IMG/VR virus record: IMGVR_UViG_3300037454_000906
Span: 160,001 to 224,000 of that record
Reading direction: 5' to 3' (one strand)
DNA: 64,000 nucleotides
From: a virus
Part shown: positions 46,801 to 55,746 of the stretch, piece by piece
Layout of the letters: each line of letters starts with the position of its first letter
How positions within the stretch are numbered: the first letter of the stretch is position 1
The notes under the pieces: model-generated
The model's database searches: none
Told to the model about the DNA's origin: nothing
The model's input: only the letters and a program-made list of their open reading frames with translations
Translations under genes and position numbers: made by a program

Positions 46801-48993
46801 ATACGGAACGCTGTAATGCTTGATGTGGTCCTCGGTGAACGACGTGTTGTAGGAAATCCCGTTTACATCTTCCACGATGCAACTGTCTATGCACATGAAC
46901 ACGCGTCCGGTCACCGGATCGTAAACGTATTCGCCCTTGGCGTACTCGCCCGCATGTGCAAGGCCCACTTCCTCCCCGGGGTCATATGTCACCCCATGGA
47001 TTGCCACGTTGCCCGCCGAATCCTCGATCATGACATATGGCCTGGTGAACATATCACCACGATGTCTTTCCCAGACTGTAGTCCAATAAGTTTCGCCATC
47101 GGTTACTTCAACGAGCTTGCGCACCCGATCCGCTGTCTTACGAATGATGGTGACGGTATACGTTCCATCCGGTATATCCCGGTCCAGCTGATACTCCGCA
47201 TTCATCCGTGCAACGGTTTCCTTCCTATCCGCATCGGTCAGTATGACGATGCCATCGCATTCGGAAAGCACACCGGATGGGGGGAATTCGGTCTTGTTTA
47301 CGTCGGTATCATATCCACCGATCTCACTCGATACTGTGACATAGCCGCCCCTGACCACGCGAACGGTACGGGGGAATTCCCCCATCGGCAAACGGATTGC
47401 CCCATTGATGCCTTCCAGAGTAAGCGCATAGCCGTCATCAACCATCGAGAACGACTTGACAATAGCCAATCCATCCCAGTGCGGGCAAGGCGAGTCAATG
47501 TATATGCGGCTACCGAGGTCAAACAGGGTGCCGAAGTTCTTCACTAGCTCCGAATCAAACGGGACGACAATGGTGTAACCGCCCTCCAGGCGCCATTGTC
47601 CGGGGGTCAAGGTGCCGATAACGGGGTTGTCGATGACTTCACATGCGTATGCCACCATGCGATCGTTGGGAACCAACCGCATCGGGGTGCCGTCGACCGA
47701 TTCGAGGTCCCCGCCGGAATTCTTTGCTATGTTGAGCAGCGGGGATGCCTTCGTATAGTCGAGAACTCCCCTTCCATAGAACAGTGGGACATCCATCAGG
47801 ACCATTGGGACACCGGAATCTATCTCCGGCATTACGCCGGTCGGCACCAAGCGCACATCGAGCGTACCGCTTTCCCGGCTGTCGTTTAGCACATTAAATT
47901 CGCCGATGATTTCGAGATTGGATTTTTTGGCCAGATACACGGTACCGTTGCGATAAGCCGGATAGCAGGTCGAGAGGGACACAGTGAGCACGCCGGCAAA
48001 GGGGCCGCTTATGTCAGTCACCGGGTAACGAGGAATCGTTCCCAGATAGGCGGGGTCGGTGCAGTTGGCCGCCGGTAGGCAGATGCTGTTCTCGCCCGAC
48101 ACATTCGCAAGACCGGCTCCGCTTGTCTCGGACAAGTAAATTATCGCCGAGGGGAACCCGTTTTTCCAGTTCCACCCGCTCTCGCCATCAAACCTAATAA
48201 CGGTGCGCATCTTGCCGGGTGCCGACAACTCGGTCCCATAATAGTCCACAAGGGCCACCGTGCCGCCAGGTAGCGTCACTTCGCGCACCGAGTTTTCGGA
48301 CTTGACATCAAGGATCTTCGCCGTAAAGAATACTTCCTTGTAGCGGTTACCGTGTTCCGAGGTGTACCCGTATCGGGTCTTGACCGCGGAGACATCGGAG
48401 ACATTGAATGAAAGCACGCGGGCCGAACGGTTCGGTGTCCCGGTAAACGGGTCCTGGGAATTTCCCATAGGATCTCTCACGAGACGGTTTCCCTGCTTGT
48501 CAAAGTAGTATGCTATCTCCCCCACATCCGGAATGGCGTCATAGTTCACGAATATCACATCGCCGTCCCCAAACCCGCTGATTGACGGCATAAGCATGGT
48601 CGCGTTCTCGATGGTGTCTTCTACTTCATCGACATCATAATTGACTACATAGGGGGTATACCCGGTATCCTGGCCGAACACGTCATTCGACTTCACATTG
48701 GAACGGGGAACCGACAGCAGGTTGACCCGGTCACTCCGCGCGGCGGCGAGGTCGAGTAAAGCCCTGAGATATTCCATTCGCTTGGTCACCCTGGTAAGCT
48801 GGTCAACCCTGGTCGTCATGGCGAACTCGAACTTTTCGATAGTATCGATGTTCCGATAAGCGTTGTTGATATAATCGCTGAATACTTGCAGAAGAGTGAC
48901 CACATCGGGTTCCGACTTCAGAAAATCTGGGATGTATGCGACGAAATCGCTGTATCTAAACTGACCCCGGTCGTTATATATCGGTGCACGCAT
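43873..48993 (-). CDS. Baseplate wedge protein (T4 gp7 / P2 gpI-like)
   Basis: FVAYIPDFL...FSDY N-terminus; C-terminal LIGYLARFMGYD...LPQYYALGGTGAGLKMLMGAFG; IRVWKPINVVF. Confidence 0.7.
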   Translation of the reverse strand: MRAPIYNDRGQFRYSDFVAYIPDFLKSEPDVVTLLQVFSDYINNAYRNIDTIEKFEFAMTTRVDQLTRVTKRMEYLRALLDLAAARSDRVNLLSVPRSNVKSNDVFGQDTGYTPYVVNYDVDEVEDTIENATMLMPSISGFGDGDVIFVNYDAIPDVGEIAYYFDKQGNRLVRDPMGNSQDPFTGTPNRSARVLSFNVSDVSAVKTRYGYTSEHGNRYKEVFFTAKILDVKSENSVREVTLPGGTVALVDYYGTELSAPGKMRTVIRFDGESGWNWKNGFPSAIIYLSETSGAGLANVSGENSICLPAANCTDPAYLGTIPRYPVTDISGPFAGVLTVSLSTCYPAYRNGTVYLAKKSNLEIIGEFNVLNDSRESGTLDVRLVPTGVMPEIDSGVPMVLMDVPLFYGRGVLDYTKASPLLNIAKNSGGDLESVDGTPMRLVPNDRMVAYACEVIDNPVIGTLTPGQWRLEGGYTIVVPFDSELVKNFGTLFDLGSRIYIDSPCPHWDGLAIVKSFSMVDDGYALTLEGINGAIRLPMGEFPRTVRVVRGGYVTVSSEIGGYDTDVNKTEFPPSGVLSECDGIVILTDADRKETVARMNAEYQLDRDIPDGTYTVTIIRKTADRVRKLVEVTDGETYWTTVWERHRGDMFTRPYVMIEDSAGNVAIHGVTYDPGEEVGLAHAGEYAKGEYVYDPVTGRVFMCIDSCIVEDVNGISYNTSFTEDHIKHYSVPYVERFNAFMPYYGPIAAMEYGERINYDTDPEVFTSPLYITKVEEKTLKYGWEHRDFLNYGDMLNLSGRARNGMVEFHSTERTGAAETLTVDSAMDIVNSDLLPKSIWSYPHPVITRGCASSVAIDIDDPMYLSAERLDLTRWKVTVHSAAHGLVDGSMVTVTGIAPAAIRGEELDFNVAFAPVVVVDGDVFTYEIEGDPGLSGSTCYAAKQDGAVTYIGDHNVRIETVADIAGTTVHLRIANPVYTLRTGDSLYLEGCRVSDGTAPFPAGPYGIVSVDDDLRGLTIDIGTDAVPVLTGVAYLRKPIAQGDVVVITDADGTPKKFYEVDVGMWREVERNGLIVPFGIFSQTNMFDISDTNPPIALGDPLTIRTITYNGDGTATVSLADPLLHFIPDNRRFIEGKTVLYISNVTPSDYCGFHVVERVHSPYSFDMGMRLYNTHQPTGIPTSDLTMQVRECRWYKFTADEIEWDKISSQATFTGKNVTEQMSIDSDGIRRLKTRYEHGLAPMDMVVFGYDFSAFDETTGLGNYAMGKVVSVPNPTSVVVEVTYGTYHSGMSIARGIITMPGMDNLANREGEYQLRLESLSPAGLPSMKWTKYRFMDGDIIIAAGQQVPSERMSYLVREGARWTVLKKKRIVKVRQMRVDEYRNPYFDDAAADANVDEYKYVTYSDVDVAANAQRAYASRMYMVRNPVFNRPALPDIDTTRDPNAEYSSNEDYANVAPRDGMKSSFHGVPDMKYPLIEKIERLAYLRDANVIDFDLIGYLARFMGYDLTPMAEDIESSNLYRTITEQEKAIREAVLNLPQYYALGGTGAGLKMLMGAFGVIGDVLTLYTNTMHPYEEMLSEAEVKDRLRTDTMEGTLEGSWVSTPYVDIELTDDARFPQFAIQPDDIGRIREQIRVWKPINVVFRDVLLKYVDEIEMNLEVVGPVVGVTEFGAALVSGHVDDGVDVDELETNQVIGDIEYADPGLTNCAF

Positions 48994-49007
48994 CTAATGT
49001 ACCGTCC

Positions 49008-51545
49008 TTATTCCGTGCGCAGAGACGAATCGTATGCCACGGTGAGTTCTATTTCTTCGTTTGGGATATTGAACTGCACAATCTCGTTATCATTGGTGTA
49101 GTTCGTAACGTTACCCGTTTCCGGATCAATAAGCGCGAGCGCGGTCTTCGTGCAAAGGATGTTTCTCACCAGCTTGACGTAGTTCATGCCGTACAGCAAG
49201 TAATCGAACAGAGCAGAACCATTCACCTCACGGAGGTTCTTGAAATGCTCGGTATCCTTGAAGGTGAGTGCATCGGCGCCGGGCTCCATGCTCCATGTCT
49301 TTATCGCGTTGAGCAGTTCCTCGACCATTCCGGCGTCTTTACTGTCGCCTTCGTTGAGCGACTTGCGCCACCGAGGCACTATCGCCTTGAACACCTGCTG
49401 CATCACGTTGGACCAGATGTAGCCGACAAACCTATCGGTAATCCTGTCACCCGGATCGTTAGGCTTGACATAGGATGTGTAGTAGAAGTTAATGAGGGAC
49501 TGCATTTCCTTCTGGTTGGGCAGGGTAAACGTATATTCCTCGGTATTGTCACCCATGAGAGTGAACGTCGAACCTTCCAAGGTTACCGTGCCCGGATTGA
49601 CATAGTCCCCGGTTAGCGTCCCAAGCCACGGGTAGTCTTCCAAGTCCATGGACGCATAGCCGTTGTCCGGAACCGTGAACGTGACATCCACGCCGGCCAC
49701 TTCGGGCATGGTGTGCACGATAGCCGCGATTCTTGACCGATATATCGGGGTGCAGAATTCAGTATTGTCCTTCAAGAACCGATAGACGGCCTTTGTTATC
49801 TTCTCGCGAACATCGGTAAAGTTGTTGCCCTTGAACAAGGTCACATCCAGGTGCATGGACATATTGTGCACGGTCGGGAACACGTAACTATGATAGCCGC
49901 CCCCCACCGTCACCATCGCGCGGCGATTCAGGGCCACCATGATGCTATGCAGCTCGCTTCCATCAACGACGTAATCAAACGGGGTCATCATGGCGCCGAA
50001 CACCCTGGAATCAGGTTCGGCGACCGGGATATATGGCAGGATTGCATTCTGCATTATCGCATTGAGCGCCTCGCCGGAGTATCCCATGTTTCCGAGCGCC
50101 GCGTTAATCTTGGACACTATCTTGGCCCCATCATGGGCGACCACCGAACTGTCAATGTCCTCGTAGTCGTATTCCCACGTGTTCATCAGGCCGTTCACCT
50201 TGAATCCACTGAGGAAATATTCGGATGGGGCCGTCGGATAATACTTACCGTCCTTTTCGCGATACAGGTCCTTGAGGGCGCTGAACCGTATCTGGTTCAT
50301 ATACTTGACGTTGATGCCGCCATTGGGCAATTTGGTATTCAGGATATCCTCGCCATACGCGGATGCATACTTGATGTCCGCATACCTGCGGAGGAAAGTC
50401 TTGTAGCTCGCCCTGGTTACCAGTCGGTCGAGGGCATTAAAAATTTGTGAAGCGCTGGCCTTGATCGACTCGATGCTCTCTATGTTTAACCCCCCGCGGA
50501 TGTCCGTGGTCAGGAACATGTTGAGATCGGTAACAAGGAGGTCACTCTCCTTCCCGTTGGCCTGGGTAATCCGGATGGAACCACCCGACGGGGACAACGT
50601 GGTACCTTCGACACCAAGCATATTTCCGTATTCGCCCGATGTGGAGAAATACCTCACCAAGATGTCGCCATAGGGGATTGCCGCCTTGAGGCCGTCACCG
50701 AACCGCAATTCGACACCGCCATCGTTGGACGTCCCGACAATTACGGTGTAATTGGTGGTGAAATTGCGCGCCCCATCGGCGAAGTTCTGGATATCGTTTG
50801 CTGTATCCTCGTTAGCGGGGTCAATGAGGCCACGGCGGGAGATGCGCCAAAACAGCCGGTCGTTCTTTACGGTGCTGGGGTCAATGTTGTCGACCAGGGT
50901 CGCGTCACTGGTCACTGTCGTGAAACATGCCGCCCTCTGCGACACGTGGCCGTCCTCGGCATAATTCGGATCGTTTTCGCCAAAATAGTCCGAGAAAGTC
51001 GGGTCGTTCAAGTAGAACACCTGGTTCTGTTGGCCGTTGGAGACCAGTGCCTCGGTACGGAACGTTCCTTCAACCAGCACCGCCACCCCCGATACAAGCC
51101 GCATCAGTCCGGTGGAGTCTTCATCGGAATCGCGATCATACGCGAACTCCATGTCGCTCGCCGCCGTCAACGTGCGCGAGCTCATCGTGAACACCGTGCC
51201 CTTGGGGATGTACACGCGAACCGTGTCATATATCCCGGACTTGACAAGACGCAATCCAATTCCCGCCTTGGCAGGAACGGGGCGTCTTACGCTGTAACCG
51301 AGCATCCTGGCGCCGGCATACACCGCCGATGCGTTGACTGCGCTCTCAAGGAACGCGTTTTCGAAACCGGACTCCGCAAAGTAAGCCCACAGGTCAGTCT
51401 CCCCCGCGAACAGTTCTATGAGAGTCTTGCCGTAAGCGCTCGCACCGAAGTCGGCCAGCCGGCCTTCCTTGGCCTGGAAAATTGACACGAGATGGTCTCT
51501 CGCTTCCTCAAACGATATGATTCCGTACTTCCTAGCAGCAGCCAT
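49008..51545 (-). CDS. Baseplate wedge protein (T4 gp6-like)
   Basis: ISFEEARDHL...DFGAS...LIELFA...NAFLESAV...ARMLGYSVRR; LRFGDG; ESIESIK...RLVTRASY. Confidence 0.85.
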   Translation of the reverse strand: MAAARKYGIISFEEARDHLVSIFQAKEGRLADFGASAYGKTLIELFAGETDLWAYFAESGFENAFLESAVNASAVYAGARMLGYSVRRPVPAKAGIGLRLVKSGIYDTVRVYIPKGTVFTMSSRTLTAASDMEFAYDRDSDEDSTGLMRLVSGVAVLVEGTFRTEALVSNGQQNQVFYLNDPTFSDYFGENDPNYAEDGHVSQRAACFTTVTSDATLVDNIDPSTVKNDRLFWRISRRGLIDPANEDTANDIQNFADGARNFTTNYTVIVGTSNDGGVELRFGDGLKAAIPYGDILVRYFSTSGEYGNMLGVEGTTLSPSGGSIRITQANGKESDLLVTDLNMFLTTDIRGGLNIESIESIKASASQIFNALDRLVTRASYKTFLRRYADIKYASAYGEDILNTKLPNGGINVKYMNQIRFSALKDLYREKDGKYYPTAPSEYFLSGFKVNGLMNTWEYDYEDIDSSVVAHDGAKIVSKINAALGNMGYSGEALNAIMQNAILPYIPVAEPDSRVFGAMMTPFDYVVDGSELHSIMVALNRRAMVTVGGGYHSYVFPTVHNMSMHLDVTLFKGNNFTDVREKITKAVYRFLKDNTEFCTPIYRSRIAAIVHTMPEVAGVDVTFTVPDNGYASMDLEDYPWLGTLTGDYVNPGTVTLEGSTFTLMGDNTEEYTFTLPNQKEMQSLINFYYTSYVKPNDPGDRITDRFVGYIWSNVMQQVFKAIVPRWRKSLNEGDSKDAGMVEELLNAIKTWSMEPGADALTFKDTEHFKNLREVNGSALFDYLLYGMNYVKLVRNILCTKTALALIDPETGNVTNYTNDNEIVQFNIPNEEIELTVAYDSSLRTE

Positions 51546-51571
51546 GTCATCAGTTCCTTGTAATCATAACC

Positions 51572-51611
51572 AGTTTATACGCGGCGCCCCCTTCGGTGCC
51601 GACTATAAACT
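51572..51611. promoter_or_regulatory. Divergent late promoters
   Basis: TATAAACT on - (51579-51572) and + (51604-51611); same motif at 23810, 43851, 55637, 60232; variants TATAAATC at 58624 and 58656, TATAAGCT at 37124 and 53091. Confidence 0.75.
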
Positions 51612-51627
51612 ATGTCCAGAGGTTTCA

Positions 51628-52644
51628 ATGCCAGCGTTAGACTTAAATGTCAGTGGGTTCTGCAGGGCGACAACGGTCGTTGTCCCCAATTTTAGCGTTC
51701 TCGCGAACGTGCAGGAAGGGATGTGGGACCCGAAGGCCAAGGGGAACGTCGAACGCTCCGAGCTCATGCAGGCAAATCAGCCTGAATTCGAACACACCGG
51801 GCGCATGGGACGGACAATGACCTTCCGCAAGCATAATTCGTTCAAGACCCAGAACCTCATCGCCATCATCCAGAGGGGGGCGACCACCGGTATGGGCGGC
51901 ATGTACTTTACATACTACACCACGACGTTCGACCCGTCCAAGAACCCGGTGACGCACGAGGATAATGCCAGGATCATAGACCGGGTGTTTGACATCCCCA
52001 TGCTGGGCGGGTTCGACCCGCAGACGGAGTTCTACCAGAGAATCGGGCTGCAATTCACCACGAAGAAAGAAATCTACATCAACATGGATTTGTTCCTCGA
52101 ACTGAACTACCAGTCGCTGAAAGAAAATGCCATTGCCCCGGAATGCCCGGGTACCCACGATCCAATTTATTCTCAGCGCGGGTACTCCAAGTTCAGCTAT
52201 TATGGATATTCGGCGGGGCAAATATTCCCCAAGGCCGGCGACCTGCTGAAGCTCGCAAATAACAACATCATGTACCAAATAACCAGTATCACCGACGAGC
52301 TACCGGATTACGCCCCGATGTACCGCAACTACTGGTGGAAAGCATACCTGGAGGTCGCCGTGGACAGTGGCCAGATCGTTTCGGAAGAGGTTGCGAACAG
52401 CCCGGTCAACCGTCACTTCATCGACAACCTGTTTGGGCAGGCTTCGCTTGGAAAGGCAACCGACGGTACCGTGAACGCAAAGGATACCGAAGCATCCGCC
52501 GGCAACCCACTCGCAATCCGGGACGACGATCTCGCGAAACTGAAGGACGCCGTTCTGTTCCGACCGCCCGAGGTGGATGAATGCGTAAAGGATATTACCG
52601 CCGACCCGAACTACCAGGCATGCCCCGGTCTCGGTACATGGTAA
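51628..52644 (+). CDS. Neck/head-completion protein (T4 gp14-like)
   Basis: SD GAGG; FTYY...HED; PKAGDLLKL.NN.MYQITSI. Confidence 0.6.
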   Translation: MPALDLNVSGFCRATTVVVPNFSVLANVQEGMWDPKAKGNVERSELMQANQPEFEHTGRMGRTMTFRKHNSFKTQNLIAIIQRGATTGMGGMYFTYYTTTFDPSKNPVTHEDNARIIDRVFDIPMLGGFDPQTEFYQRIGLQFTTKKEIYINMDLFLELNYQSLKENAIAPECPGTHDPIYSQRGYSKFSYYGYSAGQIFPKAGDLLKLANNNIMYQITSITDELPDYAPMYRNYWWKAYLEVAVDSGQIVSEEVANSPVNRHFIDNLFGQASLGKATDGTVNAKDTEASAGNPLAIRDDDLAKLKDAVLFRPPEVDECVKDITADPNYQACPGLGTW

Positions 52645-52652
52645 AAACAAAG

Positions 52653-52675
52653 AACCCGGGTTTCCCCGGGTTTTT
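52653..52675. terminator. Intrinsic terminator between convergent genes
   Basis: AACCCGGG-TTTC-CCCGGGTT plus T-run. Confidence 0.75.
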
Positions 52676-52695
52676 CAATTTCAGTCAATTTGAGG

Positions 52696-53049
52696 TCAGG
52701 CCCCGACACTTTCATCCTGGGGACGCTCTGTAGCGGCAGGATCGGCAGCTGCTGGTGGGGTGGCCGCCTTGTTCTTCGCGGCCATTCTCGCCTTGAACTT
52801 CGCCAGGGGTTCATCGTGGAACCGCCTACGGTGCCATTGGCTATAGGATTCACCGGATGCCCCGGGGATGCCCGCCGTTACCTGGGTGCTTTCTCCACCC
52901 GCTCCCGGTACACCAAGACCGACCATGTCCGCCTCGAAGCAGCTCTTGGCGGCTGTGCGGACCGCCTCACATAGTTCCTTGGCGCCAGTCTTTGCGATCA
53001 TGTTGTCGAGAAAGAGGTTGAACTTTTCGATGCTTTCATTTAGTGTCAT
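52696..53049 (-). CDS. Small putative internal head protein
   Basis: SD AAGGA; LDNM...LCEAVRTAAKSCFEA propeptide motif; TATAAGCT promoter. Confidence 0.65.
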   Translation of the reverse strand: MTLNESIEKFNLFLDNMIAKTGAKELCEAVRTAAKSCFEADMVGLGVPGAGGESTQVTAGIPGASGESYSQWHRRRFHDEPLAKFKARMAAKNKAATPPAAADPAATERPQDESVGA

Positions 53050-53092
53050 GTTGGAATTCCTTGCATTTGGGATTGTACAATACAGCTTATAA

Positions 53093-53854
53093 CTATGCAC
53101 CAGATAAATCCGTCATCATGAACGCACCCGGAGCCTCGCTGATTACCCTCGCTTCCAACTTTTCAAGCCGAGCCGCAGCGGTGTCAAAGATTTCCTTGCC
53201 GTTGATTGTCAAGCCACCCGGCATGTTAAAGGTATGCTTCTTGAGGATGATGCCAAGCTGTTCCTGTGCGCGCCAGAATGCCATGTCGCGGAACAGAACG
53301 TTATTGTACAGCTCGGACTTCTTTGCTTTAAGGTAAACCTCGGCTACGGCATTCGTCCTGGAACGAGGGGTCGGGTAGATCCTCAACAGGTGGTCCGTTG
53401 GGTGGAACTTGATGTGATACTGCGTACCTACCATCTTTTTCACATCCTGCAGATACCTGAGCGCCCCCGAGTAGGTTATCAGGTCGAACTGCCCGAGACC
53501 ACCGATACCGGCTCCGCTTATACCCATTAGACTCTCGCCGGGACCAACGTCCCATGCCATCATCGGGCTAAAGGTGTTTCCGTAGCTAGGGTTTACCTCG
53601 ATGACATTCACCACCCTGTCGGGTACGCGGTATTCCATGACTCCCGGGAGAAGATGCAGGACCATCAGGTCAATGTACTGCGATTCGTCGATGCAGTAAC
53701 GATAGAAAAAGTCTTCGGTATCCTCGATGGCCATATGGATGTGGCCGAGACCACGATCTTCCTCGACGACCATTTCAATATCCTGGCACTGGCCGCCCAT
53801 CCTGGAAATGATACGGCGGACCATGTCGTCTCGTGTAATATACTTGGCATCCAT
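53093..53854 (-). CDS. Neck protein (T4 gp13-like)
   Basis: TRDDMVRRIISRMGG...IEM...AIEDTEDFFYRY; QLGIILKK..MPGGLTINGKEIF. Confidence 0.8.
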   Translation of the reverse strand: MDAKYITRDDMVRRIISRMGGQCQDIEMVVEEDRGLGHIHMAIEDTEDFFYRYCIDESQYIDLMVLHLLPGVMEYRVPDRVVNVIEVNPSYGNTFSPMMAWDVGPGESLMGISGAGIGGLGQFDLITYSGALRYLQDVKKMVGTQYHIKFHPTDHLLRIYPTPRSRTNAVAEVYLKAKKSELYNNVLFRDMAFWRAQEQLGIILKKHTFNMPGGLTINGKEIFDTAAARLEKLEARVISEAPGAFMMTDLSGA

Positions 53855-53860
53855 ACCCGC

Positions 53861-53872
53861 AGTTTATAAACT
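53861..53872. promoter_or_regulatory. Palindromic bidirectional late promoter AGTTTATAAACT
   Basis: Perfect 12-bp palindrome giving TATAAACT on both strands between divergent ATGs at 53854 and 53880. Confidence 0.75.
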
Positions 53873-53879
53873 TTTACTC

Positions 53880-54533
53880 ATGGAACCACTAGAATATCTC
53901 CGCAGCACTCTCTTTTCCACCACGAACAACCCAGAACTCACCAACGCGATAATGGCATTGTTCAATGTCGCGGGGGACAATACCGAACTGCTCATGAAAG
54001 AACTGGTGGAACTGGTTGGCTACGACATGTCGACACTCATCATGTCGTTGGCTGATGTCGCGTTTGGTAGGGCGCCTGCGCTTGATGTGGACCCGTCATA
54101 CCAAGATGCGTCGGTGGAAAACGAGGCGAGACCTAAACACCCGACCGGATGTTTCGTCATGGAACTCAGGCCGCAGGGCAATCCTCTCCAAGCGGCACGG
54201 GATGAACAGCAATGGCAGCACATTCGCAAGTTCAATCCAATGCTTGAACAGGAAATTATGCGATTCAACAACATGAGCGACATTGAAAAACTGATATACA
54301 TCACTGCTAAAGAAATGTCGCATAAGTATCCGATCAAGAGAGACCCGAACCGGGTTCACAATCCGATGCCTGTCGTTGACTTCACAGACGATTCCGGGCG
54401 AGACTGCTTCTATGACGAGAATGGACAGCCATGGTTCAGGGGCGACAAGGGCGCCATCTACAAAAAATACGAGCTTGCGGGAGAACGACAATCAGCCGAA
54501 CATGCGCGGAAACGTGTCGACCGTGCCCCGTAA
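53880..54533 (+). CDS. Hypothetical late protein
   Basis: Start refined to MEPLEYL after the late promoter. Confidence 0.65.
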   Translation: MEPLEYLRSTLFSTTNNPELTNAIMALFNVAGDNTELLMKELVELVGYDMSTLIMSLADVAFGRAPALDVDPSYQDASVENEARPKHPTGCFVMELRPQGNPLQAARDEQQWQHIRKFNPMLEQEIMRFNNMSDIEKLIYITAKEMSHKYPIKRDPNRVHNPMPVVDFTDDSGRDCFYDENGQPWFRGDKGAIYKKYELAGERQSAEHARKRVDRAP

Positions 54534-55073
54534 CTCAATGTCCGGGCGGAACGCTTCCCATTTCTGTATCGAGTTGGAATTCTTCGAGTGGCCACCTGGC
54601 GGAACGGCAACAGGGATGTGCGGCATGTCGAACATGGACTTGAAGTCACCCTCAACGCCGACGGCTATAGCGTCATCGGAAACCCCGAGCGTCTTTACGC
54701 GCATGGACACGGTGGACCCGAGTTTTGCCGCTATGAACTCTTTGACTTCCGGCATGGAAACCGGGTCCCCAAAGGCCAAAGTGCATCGAACGCACTTAAA
54801 GTCCCACCCGAGAGGGACCAACTCCTTCATCGTTCCAGCCAGTAGCGCAGTAGACTGGAGGTCCAGGAATATGCCAAAATATATGGCCCGCCCGCTTTCC
54901 GGGAGTTCCATCAGGTGTTCGAAATTGAAGTTGGTTCGCCAGTCAGCCCCATATTCCTTGGTCCACTGAACCATAACCGGATCGCCCAGGTCATATCCAG
55001 CCTTTTCCGACTCAATCCACTTGTGTCGGAGCATTTCGTCGCGCTGAGCGTCCATGATATCCTTCATCTTCAT
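54492..55073 (-). CDS. DUF4032-like N-terminus fused to degenerate 2H phosphoesterase (tRNA-ligase CPDase-like)
   Basis: EMLRHKWIESEKAGYDLG; IYFGIFL...VRCTLAF...PHIPVAV...SKNSNSI; early promoter TTGCAT...TAGATT. Confidence 0.55.
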   Translation of the reverse strand: MKMKDIMDAQRDEMLRHKWIESEKAGYDLGDPVMVQWTKEYGADWRTNFNFEHLMELPESGRAIYFGIFLDLQSTALLAGTMKELVPLGWDFKCVRCTLAFGDPVSMPEVKEFIAAKLGSTVSMRVKTLGVSDDAIAVGVEGDFKSMFDMPHIPVAVPPGGHSKNSNSIQKWEAFRPDIELRGTVDTFPRMFG

Positions 55074-55121
55074 CGGACCCCTCCATGGAAAAATCTAGCA
55101 CATTCGATGCGAAAATGCAAA

Positions 55122-55604
55122 TCAGGACTTGAACTGGCGGTATTTGTATAGAAGAGTGGTAAGCTGTTCGTCAAAATTAGCAAAGATGTTTTTCAAGCCC
55201 TCCGGGAACTTTTCGTTCTTCCCGAGTGCATCGGCCATCCTCGCCTTGATAGTTTCGAGTTCCCGGATCACGGCATCGTCACTTGTGTCGGCATCGGATG
55301 CCGGATTCTCAGTCAGCGAAATATACGCTTCGGCAAGCTGGTCTCCGGTGGAACGGCAGGAATTATATGCATCCTCAAGAAGTTCGTGCTTGGAAAGTTT
55401 ATTCACTCCCCAATGCATATGATTCAGCTTGTTCGACTCCTCAAGGAGCCAGTTGGCAAGTCCCTTTACGGTGTTGAACTCATTGCCCTGCTTGTCGGCA
55501 GCCTCCACGCGAGCCACTGCAAAGGCCGCGCGCTTTCCCAACATGGCGTCACCGGTAATGGCGGTGGCCGCCTCAATAAGAATCTTGCTGCGTTTAGAAT
55601 CCAT
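55122..55604 (-). CDS. Ferritin/Dps-like four-helix protein
   Basis: NHMHWGV...KHELLEDAY...DQLAEAY; late promoter at 55637-55630. Confidence 0.65.
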   Translation of the reverse strand: MDSKRSKILIEAATAITGDAMLGKRAAFAVARVEAADKQGNEFNTVKGLANWLLEESNKLNHMHWGVNKLSKHELLEDAYNSCRSTGDQLAEAYISLTENPASDADTSDDAVIRELETIKARMADALGKNEKFPEGLKNIFANFDEQLTTLLYKYRQFKS

Positions 55605-55746
55605 TTCGAACCTCTTTGATTACGGTTGCAGTTTATATCCGGCGGGGCTACCTGAAACCCCGCCAGTCGTTCTCATCGAACAGGCTCTTGCCAGTGAAGA
55701 ACCCGATTACGAGGAACAAAACGGTAGCCCCGAACGAATACATGTC

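Noticed and set aside
27388-48993. Many long + strand ORFs (e.g. 29273-30232, 35599-36705, 37229-38320, 44605-45651) opposite the tail genes
   Set aside because: Antisense shadows of strongly biased coding genes; no SD or promoter, no recognisable motifs
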